This document shows positions 16,901 through 26,119 of a stretch of DNA of 45,112 nt, piece after piece (within the stretch, counting starts at the first letter, position 1; each line of letters begins with the position of its first letter). A program made the position numbers and the translations under genes. Under the pieces are notes generated by a model that was not told the origin of the DNA, searched no databases, and saw only the letters and a program-made list of their open reading frames with translations. The stretch covers positions 1-45,112 of the forward strand of contig CATISE010000059.1 of NCBI GenBank assembly GCA_949538655.1. The letters are read 5' to 3'. The DNA comes from Marine Group II euryarchaeote MED-G33. Lineage in GTDB: Archaea; Thermoplasmatota; Poseidoniia; Poseidoniales; Thalassarchaeaceae.

Positions 16901-17907
16901 TGGCCCTCATCTTCAGCATCCTCGATTGCAGTTTCTGAGTCTGAAATGCGATCTTTGCGGGTTTCGACATCGACTTGCAGTTTGCGCAGACGTTCGCCGA
17001 GTGCCTTCCCATCATCACCAAGTACTGAATCGAGTTGGCGTTCAATATCGGCAATTTCGCTGTCTAAATCGAGAAGTTCAGAACCTGTTTCCTGGATTGA
17101 TTTGGTAAGATTTTCAATGCGGGTGATGTAGCCTGTTCGCTCATCTGCAATCATTTGAATTTCATTTAATCGCGAACGGTGGCGAGCGTGAATGGCTGTA
17201 ATACGCGCATTGTCAAGGGCTTCAGCTAGGTTGCGATATTTCATTGCCTGTTCGCGTTCCTTGCTGAGTGTTTTGAGACGGTCCTTGAGTTCCTCCTCGA
17301 GAAGAGATATGCGCTCAAGGTATTCTTCGGCCTTCTTGCGTTGCCGATCTGCACGCTTAATTTCATCATCATAGGCTGTAACACCGGCGACATCGTCGAG
17401 GACCTTTCTTCGATCCCGAGTTGTCATGGTGGCCAAATGGGTGACGTCACCCTGAAGGACGATGTTGTAACCATCCCCACGGGCTCCGGCCTCAGTGAGT
17501 ATTCTTCGGAATTCGGTACTGGTTGAACTCCGTTCATTCAGATAGTAAGCAGTGACTGAATCATTCTTACGATTCAATTTGACTGTGCGTGTGAAGCGCA
17601 CTTCGTCTGCATCGACACGCAAACGGCGTTGCCCCGAGTCGTCTGCGGTATTGTCAAACACCAAAGTTGCAGTACAAGATCTGGCTGGCTTGTCCTTCTT
17701 GCCACCATTGAAAATCAGATCCTTGACATTCTGGGCTCGTAGACTCTTGGCACTACGGGGGCCAAGAACGAATTGAATCGCATCACCACAGTTGCTTTTT
17801 CCGCTACCATTGGGTCCAGTAATCGCAGTGAAACCCAATTCATACGGAATCACCACCTCCCCTTTGAACGACTTAAAATTCTCTAATTCGATAGCCTTCA
17901 GAAACAT
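13936..17907 (-). CDS. smc: SMC chromosome condensation ATPase with a roughly 127-aa acidic C-terminal extension
   Basis: Walker A GPNGSGKSN, long coiled coils, hinge region, signature LSGGEKS and Walker B YYFDEVD. Confidence 0.95.
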   Translation of the reverse strand: MFLKAIELENFKSFKGEVVIPYELGFTAITGPNGSGKSNCGDAIQFVLGPRSAKSLRAQNVKDLIFNGGKKDKPARSCTATLVFDNTADDSGQRRLRVDADEVRFTRTVKLNRKNDSVTAYYLNERSSTSTEFRRILTEAGARGDGYNIVLQGDVTHLATMTTRDRRKVLDDVAGVTAYDDEIKRADRQRKKAEEYLERISLLEEELKDRLKTLSKEREQAMKYRNLAEALDNARITAIHARHRSRLNEIQMIADERTGYITRIENLTKSIQETGSELLDLDSEIADIERQLDSVLGDDGKALGERLRKLQVDVETRKDRISDSETAIEDAEDEGQVLSKEQSNAQQALENHQVSLAEAQEALVKADADMESAAEEEKSAREAISGGDRANHDLNRAFGKATEAVTKADELRVTASLEADRSQNQVTMAEERLAELEESLADARLTRDDLQLVGEDLQGDSGENDRSQMAEELTRLQRQERTLMEQTEEVERKVREAERSLARAQGEMENKSGSKAGLAQAVSAVMSLKDSGQVQGILGPLGQLCEPKDAEHEEALAFALGGGMNSIIVRDDETAATCIKWLRDNRAGRATFLPLNKLTVRRPGGKAVMTARQDGVVGFAFNLLEFDETIESAVKHAVRDTLIVRDMGTARRHMGGVRMVTLDGSITEASGAMVGGAVRGRRPQFGGNIAGMNAVQQAETEISRLELLSDTVNAALAEARQNQHRLREKINNLGGDDSSLKLRAWQEDMKRANTAFESAQDKLKVCNAQLVEAKNVYQKLQDRADAATEAYDNAVNERQIASDSLLSSSPEHLSERLRASDELRVAAMQAKIDAESKLATGNANTELLQHNVNEIERRIAEQSSIIDKSQARISELNAEIETLNSELETVSEAHEQVAEEHRELNERSKSLREDRAGIKATLEQNSNTRESLRTRCDELSQEIENKRRLLEELTQEMSAQNVEPLTEDIDLPSVGDAESSVRNIERRISNLGDVNMMAIEQYDEAEERLVRITDDSSVLRKRRTDLIQLTEKLEGERKSRLTTVLEIVSENFKRVYSRLSDGGNAELRLENPKDPFTGGLEMWCQPRGKSSKSKLSLLSGGEKSMAALALIFAIQDYDPSPFYYFDEVDQNLDAYNAEHIARLCRLRSQRAQFIMVTLRKVSLQLADHHIGITHAGDGCSRRITDFDREQAIELGEAAEAELEAATATLEKKAKLTKDLPDPSKMESAPEELPTPASLGGSLLDAEDGAGETPVSAEVGPEIVENDGPDITISSLADRASDEKEDMDERLEWEQAVDAKKAEEEAVSEPVEQISEVPEVEEQE

Positions 17908-17923
17908 CCCATCTCACCTGTTT

Positions 17924-17941
17924 GTATATCTTTGAATATAC
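17924..17941 (-). promoter_or_regulatory. A/T-rich palindrome GTATAT-N6-ATATAC overlapping the likely smc TATA region
   Basis: Perfect 6-bp arms located 17-34 nt upstream of the smc ATG (17907). Confidence 0.35.
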
Positions 17942-18047
17942 ACGCTAGCATGGGCTTGAATCCCGACCACCATAAACACTGTGCTTCACGCACACGAGAG
18001 GGGTTGGATTTTTTGCAACCATTAGAGGCGCCGTGTTACGTTTATTA

Positions 18048-18812
18048 TCAGCCCAAAGAACCGCTAAATCCACACTGGCTACAACCTTCACCATTGCAGT
18101 AATGACAGGTACGACCTACACCTTCGCCCCACTCATCGTCAGCATTGACTTGGAATGGATCTTCGAAGGCATCTAGCATCAGAGCGCGACGGAGATCCCC
18201 TACCGAGAAATTACCCCCGAGATGGCGTTCTGCAGAACCGATGAATTTGCGTGAACCCGAATCGCGGCCCTGGGAACGTTGCCCCTTTCTTCGTAAGGAT
18301 CCACCTATGAGCGATAGGAAAAGTGCGATGGTCAGTAAAATCAGCGACATCCCACCCATCAAGGGGAAGCCGAAAATTTCACCTGCATCGAGTGGCCGCC
18401 CATCTTCAGTCAGCATTCCAAAGAAATCTGCAACGCCCACAAGTGCAACCAGCATTCCAAGCCTCTGGAAACGCTTGCCTCGGCGCTCGGAACGGCTGGG
18501 TTTCCTCTGATTTGAGAACAATGCACGCAGTGACGACCAAGTTAGAGAAACTCCGATTCCGAGGAGAGCCACATCGATGGGTTCCCACGTACCCAATGGT
18601 TGCAAGCACTCAGAAATTCCTGCGCTATTCAGATCCGCTTGAATGGCAGATTCACCACAAACACCGCTGAATACCATTGTCAAGACCAGTTTGTGCATAT
18701 CTCCCCCGCCCATCTGGTAGAAGCCGATATGGAGATTCCAGAGTGTCAAGACGGAAAGCAACAGGCCGATTGCGAGTTTCGCGACATGCTTTGCTCGACC
18801 CATTGACTTCAT
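18048..18812 (-). CDS. Polytopic membrane protein with a C-terminal DnaJ-type CxxCxGxG zinc-finger pair
   Basis: ATG 18812 (MKSMGRAKH..) followed by 4-5 hydrophobic segments. It ends ..CHYCNGEGCSQCGFSGSLG. The longer track ORF (to 19085) overlaps nadB and reads as non-coding. Confidence 0.6.
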   Translation of the reverse strand: MKSMGRAKHVAKLAIGLLLSVLTLWNLHIGFYQMGGGDMHKLVLTMVFSGVCGESAIQADLNSAGISECLQPLGTWEPIDVALLGIGVSLTWSSLRALFSNQRKPSRSERRGKRFQRLGMLVALVGVADFFGMLTEDGRPLDAGEIFGFPLMGGMSLILLTIALFLSLIGGSLRRKGQRSQGRDSGSRKFIGSAERHLGGNFSVGDLRRALMLDAFEDPFQVNADDEWGEGVGRTCHYCNGEGCSQCGFSGSLG

Positions 18813-18910
18813 TGTATACCGGACGAGTATTATGACTATCGCCGGGTTCCCCCGGGGAGGGTAACGTTGAATGCAATAATGCCAACCACCGAATGGAACG
18901 GGGTGATGTG

Positions 18911-20497
18911 ATGGCGGATATCGTGGTGGTTGGTTCTGGAATCGCAGGCCTGTTTGTTGCAACCCGCTGTGCCCGTGCAGGATTATCCACAATGGTCGTG
19001 ACAAAGAAGAATCTCTCAGATTCATCCACAAATTGGGCGCAAGGTGGTATCGCAGCAGCAATGTCGAATACAGATTACCAAGCACATATCGACGACACCA
19101 TTGATGCAGGTTGTGGCCTTAGTGACCCGAAAATCGTTGAAATGGTCGTCCGTGAAGCTTCAAATCGAATTGGGGATTTGATATCTTCAGGAGTTCAATT
19201 CGATTCAAATGAAGATGGATTTGACCTAACTCTCGAGGGGGGGCATTCATCCCGGCGAATTCTGCATTCAAAGGATGCAACTGGAGCTGAAATTGAGCGG
19301 GCACTGATTATTGAAGCACGCGAATCTCCAAATCTAGAATTGCTTGAATCCCATATGGCTGTTGATTTAATTCTAAAGGAAAAATCCGCAGAAATCAAGG
19401 GTATCGCCGGTATTTGGGTCCTCACGCCTGATGAGGTTGTGAAAACAATTCCAGCGCAATCAATCATTATCGCCACAGGAGGGGCTGGCCACATATATCG
19501 CCAGACCACAAATCCGTCCGTTGCAACAGGTGACGGAATTGCCATGGCTCACAGAGCCGGTGCTAAGGTGCGAGATCTTGAATTCGTCCAATTCCACCCC
19601 ACAGCACTAGCCCTCTCAGGCGAAAGGCCATTTCTCATTTCCGAAGCATTACGGGGCCATGGAGCTATTTTGATGACATCCGAAAATTTGGCAAAATGGG
19701 AATCAGAAGGAGGAGACCCTGCCGAATATTCATTCATGCTCAATCACGACACTCGTGGATCTTTGGCGACGCGAGATATCGTTGCCCGGGCTACGGATCA
19801 AGTGATGAAAGAAACCGGTGAAAACTGTGTTTGGTTGGTGACATCACACCTCGATAAAGAGGAAATTCAACAACGATTCCCGACCATCCGATCCAGATTG
19901 AAGAAGAATGGTTTGGAACTTGGAGTAGACCCCCTTCCAGTCGCACCTGCTGCCCACTATATGGTCGGAGGGATTTCAGTTGATGAAAATGGTTTGGCGA
20001 GACAATCTCCAGCCTGCTCAAATGAGATTCAATACCCTGGTCTATATGCGATTGGAGAAGTTGCCTGCACAGGCTTACACGGTGCGAATAGATTGGCGTC
20101 AAACAGCCTGTTGGAAGCAGTTGTTTTCTCACACCGGTGTGCTGAACATGTGATTGCAAATCTTGCCCCTGGTGGTGGAAACGAGGAGTTGCCAGAATGG
20201 CGTGCAGAAGGTTTGTCATCACTGGTTGAACATTCACCACTCAGAAGTGATCGAATCGCACTTCAATCAACAATGACCGATGATGTTGGACTTGTAAAAC
20301 GGAATGCTAGATTACAGCGCGCGCAACGTCGATTGGAATTCCTAAGAGAAGAAGTCGAGCGAATCTGGAGAGGAAGCCTTCCAACACAAGAAGTCGTCGA
20401 ACTACGGAATATGGTTCATGTGTCGAGATTGGTTACCAATGCAGCGATTAACCGCAAAGAAAACATCGGATTACACCACAATCTCGATTGTGATTAA
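18911..20497 (+). CDS. nadB: L-aspartate oxidase
   Basis: FAD fold DIVVVGSGIAGL, ..HSKDATGAEIE.., FVQFHPT and GLYAIGEVACTGLHGANRLASNSLLE. Confidence 0.9.
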   Translation: MADIVVVGSGIAGLFVATRCARAGLSTMVVTKKNLSDSSTNWAQGGIAAAMSNTDYQAHIDDTIDAGCGLSDPKIVEMVVREASNRIGDLISSGVQFDSNEDGFDLTLEGGHSSRRILHSKDATGAEIERALIIEARESPNLELLESHMAVDLILKEKSAEIKGIAGIWVLTPDEVVKTIPAQSIIIATGGAGHIYRQTTNPSVATGDGIAMAHRAGAKVRDLEFVQFHPTALALSGERPFLISEALRGHGAILMTSENLAKWESEGGDPAEYSFMLNHDTRGSLATRDIVARATDQVMKETGENCVWLVTSHLDKEEIQQRFPTIRSRLKKNGLELGVDPLPVAPAAHYMVGGISVDENGLARQSPACSNEIQYPGLYAIGEVACTGLHGANRLASNSLLEAVVFSHRCAEHVIANLAPGGGNEELPEWRAEGLSSLVEHSPLRSDRIALQSTMTDDVGLVKRNARLQRAQRRLEFLREEVERIWRGSLPTQEVVELRNMVHVSRLVTNAAINRKENIGLHHNLDCD

Positions 20498-21456
20498 ACT
20501 CGTGTACTCTGCTCGATTCCCTTGACGAGGGCATGCAATGTTTGGTTTCGAGGAGTAGGGATACCCAAGGCTTCACCGCGCTTGACGACCTCTCCACAGA
20601 TTGAATCGATCTCCGTTGGACGCCCAGCCATGATGTCCTGAAGCATGCTGACACGATTGTCAGCTGTCGCCCGACAAAGATCTTCCAACGATTGGGCCAA
20701 ATCAAAATCTGACAAATCCACACCCTCTGCTGTAGCGATACGAGCGGCTTCTTCCATCGCTGCAAGTCCTGTTTCAAACAACTCGGGTTGAAGGAGCATC
20801 TCGCCATTCAATATACCCGAGATTGCGCAAACTGGGTTAATGGCCACATTAAGCAATAATTTCAACCAAATTTTTTTGTCAATATCCTCTGACCAAATTG
20901 GGTTCAGGCCAGCTTCATCCAAAGCGGACATCAAACTGTCAATTCGTGGTTCGACCGGTTCGAGGTCACTACCAGCCAAACCACCCATTACAAGGGTTCC
21001 ACGGCTTGTCCAGTGGACTTCCCCTGGGCCAATTCGAATAGCCCCATGTGTGGTCGAGGCCCCAAGAACACGATGTTTACCCACAAAATTGGCTAACTTT
21101 TCCATATGGCCAATCCCATTTGAAAGGCACATGGCGACTCCATTCAAAGAAAGAATCGTGTCAGCCATTTTACACAATTCCGCGATGTCGTAACTTTTAC
21201 CACAAAGAATTGCATAGTCTGCCCAACCCTGAATTTCAACAGGTATCTCTTGTTGATTGGTGTCAAAAACAGACCAGCGATCTGGTGCCAATGCAATCGT
21301 ACGGCCATCTGGCGTATCGAGCAGTAAGCCAACCGCTGCTAGAGCTTGAGCGGTTTCACCACGAGCACAAAGCAACACTTCGCAACCGGAACGAGCCAGA
21401 CGAGAAGCGACTAAGCCACCAATTGCCCCGACACCAAGAACAGCTACACGCATCAT
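20494..21456 (-). CDS. panE: 2-dehydropantoate 2-reductase (ketopantoate reductase family)
   Basis: Rossmann N-terminus MRVAVLGVGAIGG and an ApbA-like C-terminal domain (K.WLKLLLNVAINP..). Its start overlaps the upstream stop (ATGA). Confidence 0.8.
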   Translation of the reverse strand: MMRVAVLGVGAIGGLVASRLARSGCEVLLCARGETAQALAAVGLLLDTPDGRTIALAPDRWSVFDTNQQEIPVEIQGWADYAILCGKSYDIAELCKMADTILSLNGVAMCLSNGIGHMEKLANFVGKHRVLGASTTHGAIRIGPGEVHWTSRGTLVMGGLAGSDLEPVEPRIDSLMSALDEAGLNPIWSEDIDKKIWLKLLLNVAINPVCAISGILNGEMLLQPELFETGLAAMEEAARIATAEGVDLSDFDLAQSLEDLCRATADNRVSMLQDIMAGRPTEIDSICGEVVKRGEALGIPTPRNQTLHALVKGIEQSTRV

Positions 21457-23990
21457 GACTCACATCCTTCGGAATCTTCGCAATGGCTGACAAAGTGTAG
21501 AACCCAATGTTCCGAAGTAGATTCAAGCCAGAAATATGGCTGGAATCCATTGTTCACATGTTGTACAAGGGGTTCGGAATCGAATGTCCATTCTTCACCG
21601 GGTTGTAGTGTAAATGAACTCAGACTCAAATTTGATTGACCACCGAATATCGCTTGCTTGACCTCGATGAATACAGGATCATCTCCGTGGTTCTTTATTG
21701 GAGATGTATGGGGCAGGAAAACCATTCCTTCGTACGAAGTGATGGCTGCGGGTGCTGGATTTAGTTCGGCCAGTGCATATTGCTGAAGATGGTGATAATC
21801 AGAGATTCCACCAAAACGGCACATCAACAAATTACCATCTTCGGGTAGGATGATTGTCCCATTATCAGAATGTGGATTATTAGATGAATAGATTCCTTGA
21901 GGTATCTCGGATAAATTCCAAATCCAAGTACCATTCTCATCAACAGCTTGCCAGCTCACATTTGCATTTATCGAAGGGACACCAATAGGACAGTGAATCG
22001 GTTCATCCTCTTCGAGGTGGATGAGGAATAGATCGACATGAGTCCCCATCGAAGGGTAGTGGAATAATTCAGATGCAGGGTATGAACCGGCAAACATTTG
22101 CAAGTGCTGTTCTGCAATTTCCAGCCTCCAATTGAATACACTCCCGTCATCCATCGTAGCTTTCAGAATTGGGGCCTCCATCGTATCCCCTACCAAAGAT
22201 GGCCAGAGTGTGTGTGCAGAACCCAGCACCCCATTCATACAAACTGTCTGATTTTCACCAATATTCAGCGGCAGGATGGAGTCTCCTGCGAAAGAGAAAC
22301 CGGGGGACTCCACAGACAAATTTCCGGGCATCACATCATCAAGAAGTATCTCGATACAATACTGGGGATTATCCCAATCTCCATCCCATGCCCACTGCTG
22401 TGCGGCAGGTGCAGGTCGGTTCGAGGGGGTAAACACGACTGAATGTGTACGAGGTTCAAGATTCTCAAACCAATACAAATTCATTGTAAAGGGAGATGTA
22501 GATTGCACATCTGCCTCCCAAACGCTGTATTCGATTGTGTAAGACTGATTTGACAGTGGTCCAATGTCTTCGAATTTACAGTTTGCAATTAAATCGAGAA
22601 TATGCTCACCACAAGCATCCCAATGCGCCATCGGCTCCCTTCCTGTGAAAGTAACTTGGAATTCAACATCAATTGGGATGATTCCAATGGTCTCCAGAGG
22701 GAATTCAATCATACCCGAATCACCCGGTGCGAAAGATACCTCCGTTGGCCATTCAGAAGTATCGAGGCCTGAATCCCAATTTTCCAATTGACCGACCGGC
22801 ATCATCCCAGGGAAACCCAACAAAAGCAAGGCCACCATGGCAATCCCAATGCGATTCTTTGCACTGTTATCGAAACCAACTGATTCGTTCAATACGAATG
22901 GAGTTGATATTGATTCGAGACTAAATCGGCGCCATGCCCCAAGTCCGATTAGGACCAACCATGGCCAAAATCCACCATTTAGTAGAACGTAGATTCCCGC
23001 AGCCAGAATACCAACGAAAAGCCATGTTTGGGTCCCACCATCCTCCATTTCCCCTGGATTCAATAGAGCCGAAAGGAGACGATCACCGGGGAAACCAGGC
23101 AAGGGGAGCAGAAGAATCCAACCCATCATCCCGAGACTGATTCCTGCTAAACCGAGAGGGTGGAGCCAAACTGAACGAAGAGCCACTTCTTCCGAAGTTA
23201 GGATCAAACTCAGTAACAAATCAGAGACAAGGGATGGTTCTACAAACGGAGCAGTAATTTCAAAATTTGGTGAAGTGTTAGAAGTCATCCAAAATCCAAC
23301 AATAGTGAATATCGTTCCAGAAATCACCATCATAAATGGAGCGATTAAAGAAATCATTGCCAATGATTTTCGATCCCAAAAAGCCATCATATCCATCCGC
23401 CTTTGGCTTGTAAATCCAATCACTCCAAATGGCCAAATTGGGGCAGCAGGCGTCATCAAGAAAGGGACGGCAAGAGGGATGTGGTGCCCCAAATCGACTC
23501 CATTTCCAAGTGCAAATCTACGACGTGATTCACTCCCGATGAGCATGACAAGCGAAATTGGAAGTGCAAACCAGCAAAATGATTCAATCAGTAAATCTGA
23601 GTCCGTTAATTGTAGGGTTGGATCTTGTAGTTGTAACCACGCAGCACCGGCAAGTGACAAGAAAAATGTGAACACCATCCAAACCGCTGTGACTTGCCCA
23701 CTTGAGAGTCCTTCACCTTGCGGAGGCTCTGGTAAAATGACGAGGCCGTAGGGGTTCCCATCTTGTAGAACCGCAATCCAAGAAAGTCCTCGCAAGTGTT
23801 TGTTCAGTGCATTGAGAGCTGTATCAGCGTTTTCTTGAGTTTTTTTGAGTTTGACCTGCCAACCTATTTCCACATCAGGCATTTCTTCGTCAATATGAAA
23901 AAAACGACCAATGATTCGTTCCAAAAGATCCCGATGAGACCACAATTCGGCGTCGATGCGGATGGATTCAATCACCTCTGACTCGCCCAT
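21453..23990 (-). CDS. M50/site-2-protease-like polytopic membrane protein lacking HExxH, with a large (about 450 aa) extracytoplasmic C-terminal domain
   Basis: The core ..GSESRRRFALGNGVDLGHHIPLAVPF....PFGVIGF...R..MM.FWDRKSLAMISLIAPF.. and LLLPLPGFPGDRLL follows the M50 layout. The C-terminal region is rich in W/N with many NxS/T sequons. Confidence 0.55.
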   Translation of the reverse strand: MGESEVIESIRIDAELWSHRDLLERIIGRFFHIDEEMPDVEIGWQVKLKKTQENADTALNALNKHLRGLSWIAVLQDGNPYGLVILPEPPQGEGLSSGQVTAVWMVFTFFLSLAGAAWLQLQDPTLQLTDSDLLIESFCWFALPISLVMLIGSESRRRFALGNGVDLGHHIPLAVPFLMTPAAPIWPFGVIGFTSQRRMDMMAFWDRKSLAMISLIAPFMMVISGTIFTIVGFWMTSNTSPNFEITAPFVEPSLVSDLLLSLILTSEEVALRSVWLHPLGLAGISLGMMGWILLLPLPGFPGDRLLSALLNPGEMEDGGTQTWLFVGILAAGIYVLLNGGFWPWLVLIGLGAWRRFSLESISTPFVLNESVGFDNSAKNRIGIAMVALLLLGFPGMMPVGQLENWDSGLDTSEWPTEVSFAPGDSGMIEFPLETIGIIPIDVEFQVTFTGREPMAHWDACGEHILDLIANCKFEDIGPLSNQSYTIEYSVWEADVQSTSPFTMNLYWFENLEPRTHSVVFTPSNRPAPAAQQWAWDGDWDNPQYCIEILLDDVMPGNLSVESPGFSFAGDSILPLNIGENQTVCMNGVLGSAHTLWPSLVGDTMEAPILKATMDDGSVFNWRLEIAEQHLQMFAGSYPASELFHYPSMGTHVDLFLIHLEEDEPIHCPIGVPSINANVSWQAVDENGTWIWNLSEIPQGIYSSNNPHSDNGTIILPEDGNLLMCRFGGISDYHHLQQYALAELNPAPAAITSYEGMVFLPHTSPIKNHGDDPVFIEVKQAIFGGQSNLSLSSFTLQPGEEWTFDSEPLVQHVNNGFQPYFWLESTSEHWVLHFVSHCEDSEGCES

Positions 23991-24058
23991 AGCCCCACCT
24001 CTGTTGGGACTTGCGACCCCTCAACCGATATATGACCCACGCTTATGCAAAGTCAAAG

Positions 24059-24075
24059 CAGAACCGAAGGTTCTG
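24059..24075 (-). terminator. Hairpin immediately after the atpD stop, candidate atp operon terminator
   Basis: CAGAACC-GAA-GGTTCTG is a perfect 7-bp stem, 1 nt after the TAA. On the minus strand it is followed by CTTTGACTTTG. Confidence 0.45.
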
Positions 24076-24076
24076 A

Positions 24077-24694
24077 TTATTTATTCTTGAATCTCTTGAG
24101 GCGGAACGTCTCTTCACGTTCCATTTCTTCGAGTCGAAGTTGAATAAATGTTTGTGCTTCCTTCATCTCTGGAATGACCTTGAATTCCAAAGCGTTGACA
24201 CGACGCTTTGTCGCTTCAATCTCAACGAGTAGTCGCTTCAATGTGGCTTCCATTTCAGCCGCCTTTACGATATTTCCAATCAAATCAGAATAGGCGTCTG
24301 CGGCTTCATCGATGTAGGCAGAACCGCCGATTAGACCCATGCCTCGCTCACTCATTGTGCTGGTCAGGTTTGTACCCTCAACACTTGGAACGACGACACC
24401 CATGATATTTCGCGGCTTGACTTCAACCTCTGGTCGATTTGAAATCGCGATCGCGGCACTCTTGACCGCCAAACCACCTTCGATGGCACCTGCCAAACTA
24501 ATCGCTTGCACAGCTCCACGATATGTCGAAACCAGACCTTCTCTGGCTTCAATCATTTCAGAAAGTAGGGTCCGGAATTCGTGGAACAAACCGTCTCGCT
24601 TTAGCTTCAACAGATTGTATCCATTCTGTGTTTGCTTGATACGACGCTTGAGATTGATGAGTTCCGAGCGCGTGGGTTTGATGTCCAGTGCCAT
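24077..24694 (-). CDS. atpD: A-type ATP synthase subunit D
   Basis: LDIKPTRSELINLKRRIK.. and a helical rotor-stalk profile. ATG 24694 is preceded by GGAGGTG; the track start is TTG. Confidence 0.9.
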   Translation of the reverse strand: MALDIKPTRSELINLKRRIKQTQNGYNLLKLKRDGLFHEFRTLLSEMIEAREGLVSTYRGAVQAISLAGAIEGGLAVKSAAIAISNRPEVEVKPRNIMGVVVPSVEGTNLTSTMSERGMGLIGGSAYIDEAADAYSDLIGNIVKAAEMEATLKRLLVEIEATKRRVNALEFKVIPEMKEAQTFIQLRLEEMEREETFRLKRFKNK

Positions 24695-24727
24695 GATTCT
24701 CACCTCCAAATCCTTTCAATGACCTAT

Positions 24728-26107
24728 TCACTTCTTTTCAGTAGGATGGTACTTGTCAATCCACTTCTGGTCTAAGCGAACCAGATACTTGGTGGAAATA
24801 TTCTGCATCAAATCCCAACACAAATCGAGGGTTTCGTCGATTGAACGGTTTTCATCTCGGCTCTGACGAAGGAACTTGTCCTCAAACAATCCCGAGAAAT
24901 CAAGCAGTTGCTTGTCACGCTCATTCAATGCATCCTCACCGACAATTGCCACAAGACCCCGGAGTTCACGTCCTTGGGCGTATGCAGCGTACATCTGGTC
25001 GGATACCGATTTGTGATCTTCTCGGGTTGTCTTCTCACCAATACAGCCACCCATCAATCGAGATAGGCTTGGAAGTACGTTGATCGGCGGATAGATACCT
25101 GAACCATGCAATTCACGAGAAATCACAATTTGTCCTTCTGTGATGTATCCTGAAAGGTCAGGAATCGGGTGTGTGATATCATCACCAGGCATGGTTAGAA
25201 TTGGGAATTGTGTGATACTTCCCTTCTTGCCCTTCACCAAACCGGCGCGCTCGTAAAGCATGGCCAAATCAGTATACATGTATCCGGGGTAACCACGGCG
25301 TCCTGGCACTTCTTCACGTGCTGCTCCAATTTGACGCAGTGCATCACAGTAGTTTGTGACATCCGTGTAAACCACCAGAACGTGGTAATCCTGCTCAAAA
25401 GCAAGGTATTCGGCTGCAGTCAATGCAAGTCGAGGCGTGATCAGACGCTCGACAGCAGGGTCGTCAGCTAGGTTGACGAATAGTACGGCATTTTCCAGTG
25501 CACCAGTTCGCTCCAGGTCACTACGGAAGAAATTGTATTCTTCTGCTGTAATTCCCATCGCACAGAATACCACAATGAATTCTTCATCGCTATCCTTCAA
25601 TTTGGCTTGGCGTGCAATCTGTAGAGCAATGTCATTGTGCGGTAGACCTGAAGCACTGAAAATAGGCAACTTCTGTCCACGAACAAGGGTTGTGCAGCAA
25701 TCGATAGCACTGATTCCAGTTTGGATGAAATCGTGAGGTGATTGTCGGCTGTATGGGTTAATTGCAGCACCAATGATGTCTGCTTCACCTTCAGCAACGA
25801 TGGCTGGGCCACCGTCACGTGGGCGGCCTGCTCCATCGAGAATGCGTCCGATCAAATCCTTGCTCACAGGGAGTTTGAACACATCGCCCATGAATTTTAC
25901 ACTGCTACCCAAATCAACACCGGCTGTGCCTTCGAAAACTTGTACGACAACCATGTCATCGCTTGTATCCAAAACTTGTCCATTCTTCATGGTGCCATCT
26001 GTGAGGCGTAATTGTACGATTTCACCAAATGCTACTGGTTCTGTCTTCTCTAGGAAAACAAGAGGTCCTTTGACGTCTGTAATTGTTCGATATTCCTTTC
26101 CACTCAT
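24728..26107 (-). CDS. atpB: A-type ATP synthase subunit B
   Basis: [15 protein letters not shown].., ..[15 protein letters not shown].., 459 aa. GGAGGA lies upstream. Confidence 0.95.
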   Translation of the reverse strand: MSGKEYRTITDVKGPLVFLEKTEPVAFGEIVQLRLTDGTMKNGQVLDTSDDMVVVQVFEGTAGVDLGSSVKFMGDVFKLPVSKDLIGRILDGAGRPRDGGPAIVAEGEADIIGAAINPYSRQSPHDFIQTGISAIDCCTTLVRGQKLPIFSASGLPHNDIALQIARQAKLKDSDEEFIVVFCAMGITAEEYNFFRSDLERTGALENAVLFVNLADDPAVERLITPRLALTAAEYLAFEQDYHVLVVYTDVTNYCDALRQIGAAREEVPGRRGYPGYMYTDLAMLYERAGLVKGKKGSITQFPILTMPGDDITHPIPDLSGYITEGQIVISRELHGSGIYPPINVLPSLSRLMGGCIGEKTTREDHKSVSDQMYAAYAQGRELRGLVAIVGEDALNERDKQLLDFSGLFEDKFLRQSRDENRSIDETLDLCWDLMQNISTKYLVRLDQKWIDKYHPTEKK

Positions 26108-26119
26108 TCAAATTCCTCC

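Noticed and set aside
12698-17776. Numerous 60-155-aa plus-strand ORFs across scpA and smc
   Set aside because: All are antisense or off-frame within long, motif-supported genes. Their Ser/Arg-rich composition reflects the complement of Glu/Leu-rich coiled-coil codons.
18813-19085. Upstream 91-codon extension of the zinc-finger membrane protein ORF
   Set aside because: It overlaps the nadB start region and is Pro/His/Arg-rich junk. ATG 18812 gives a normal basic N-terminus followed by a TM helix.
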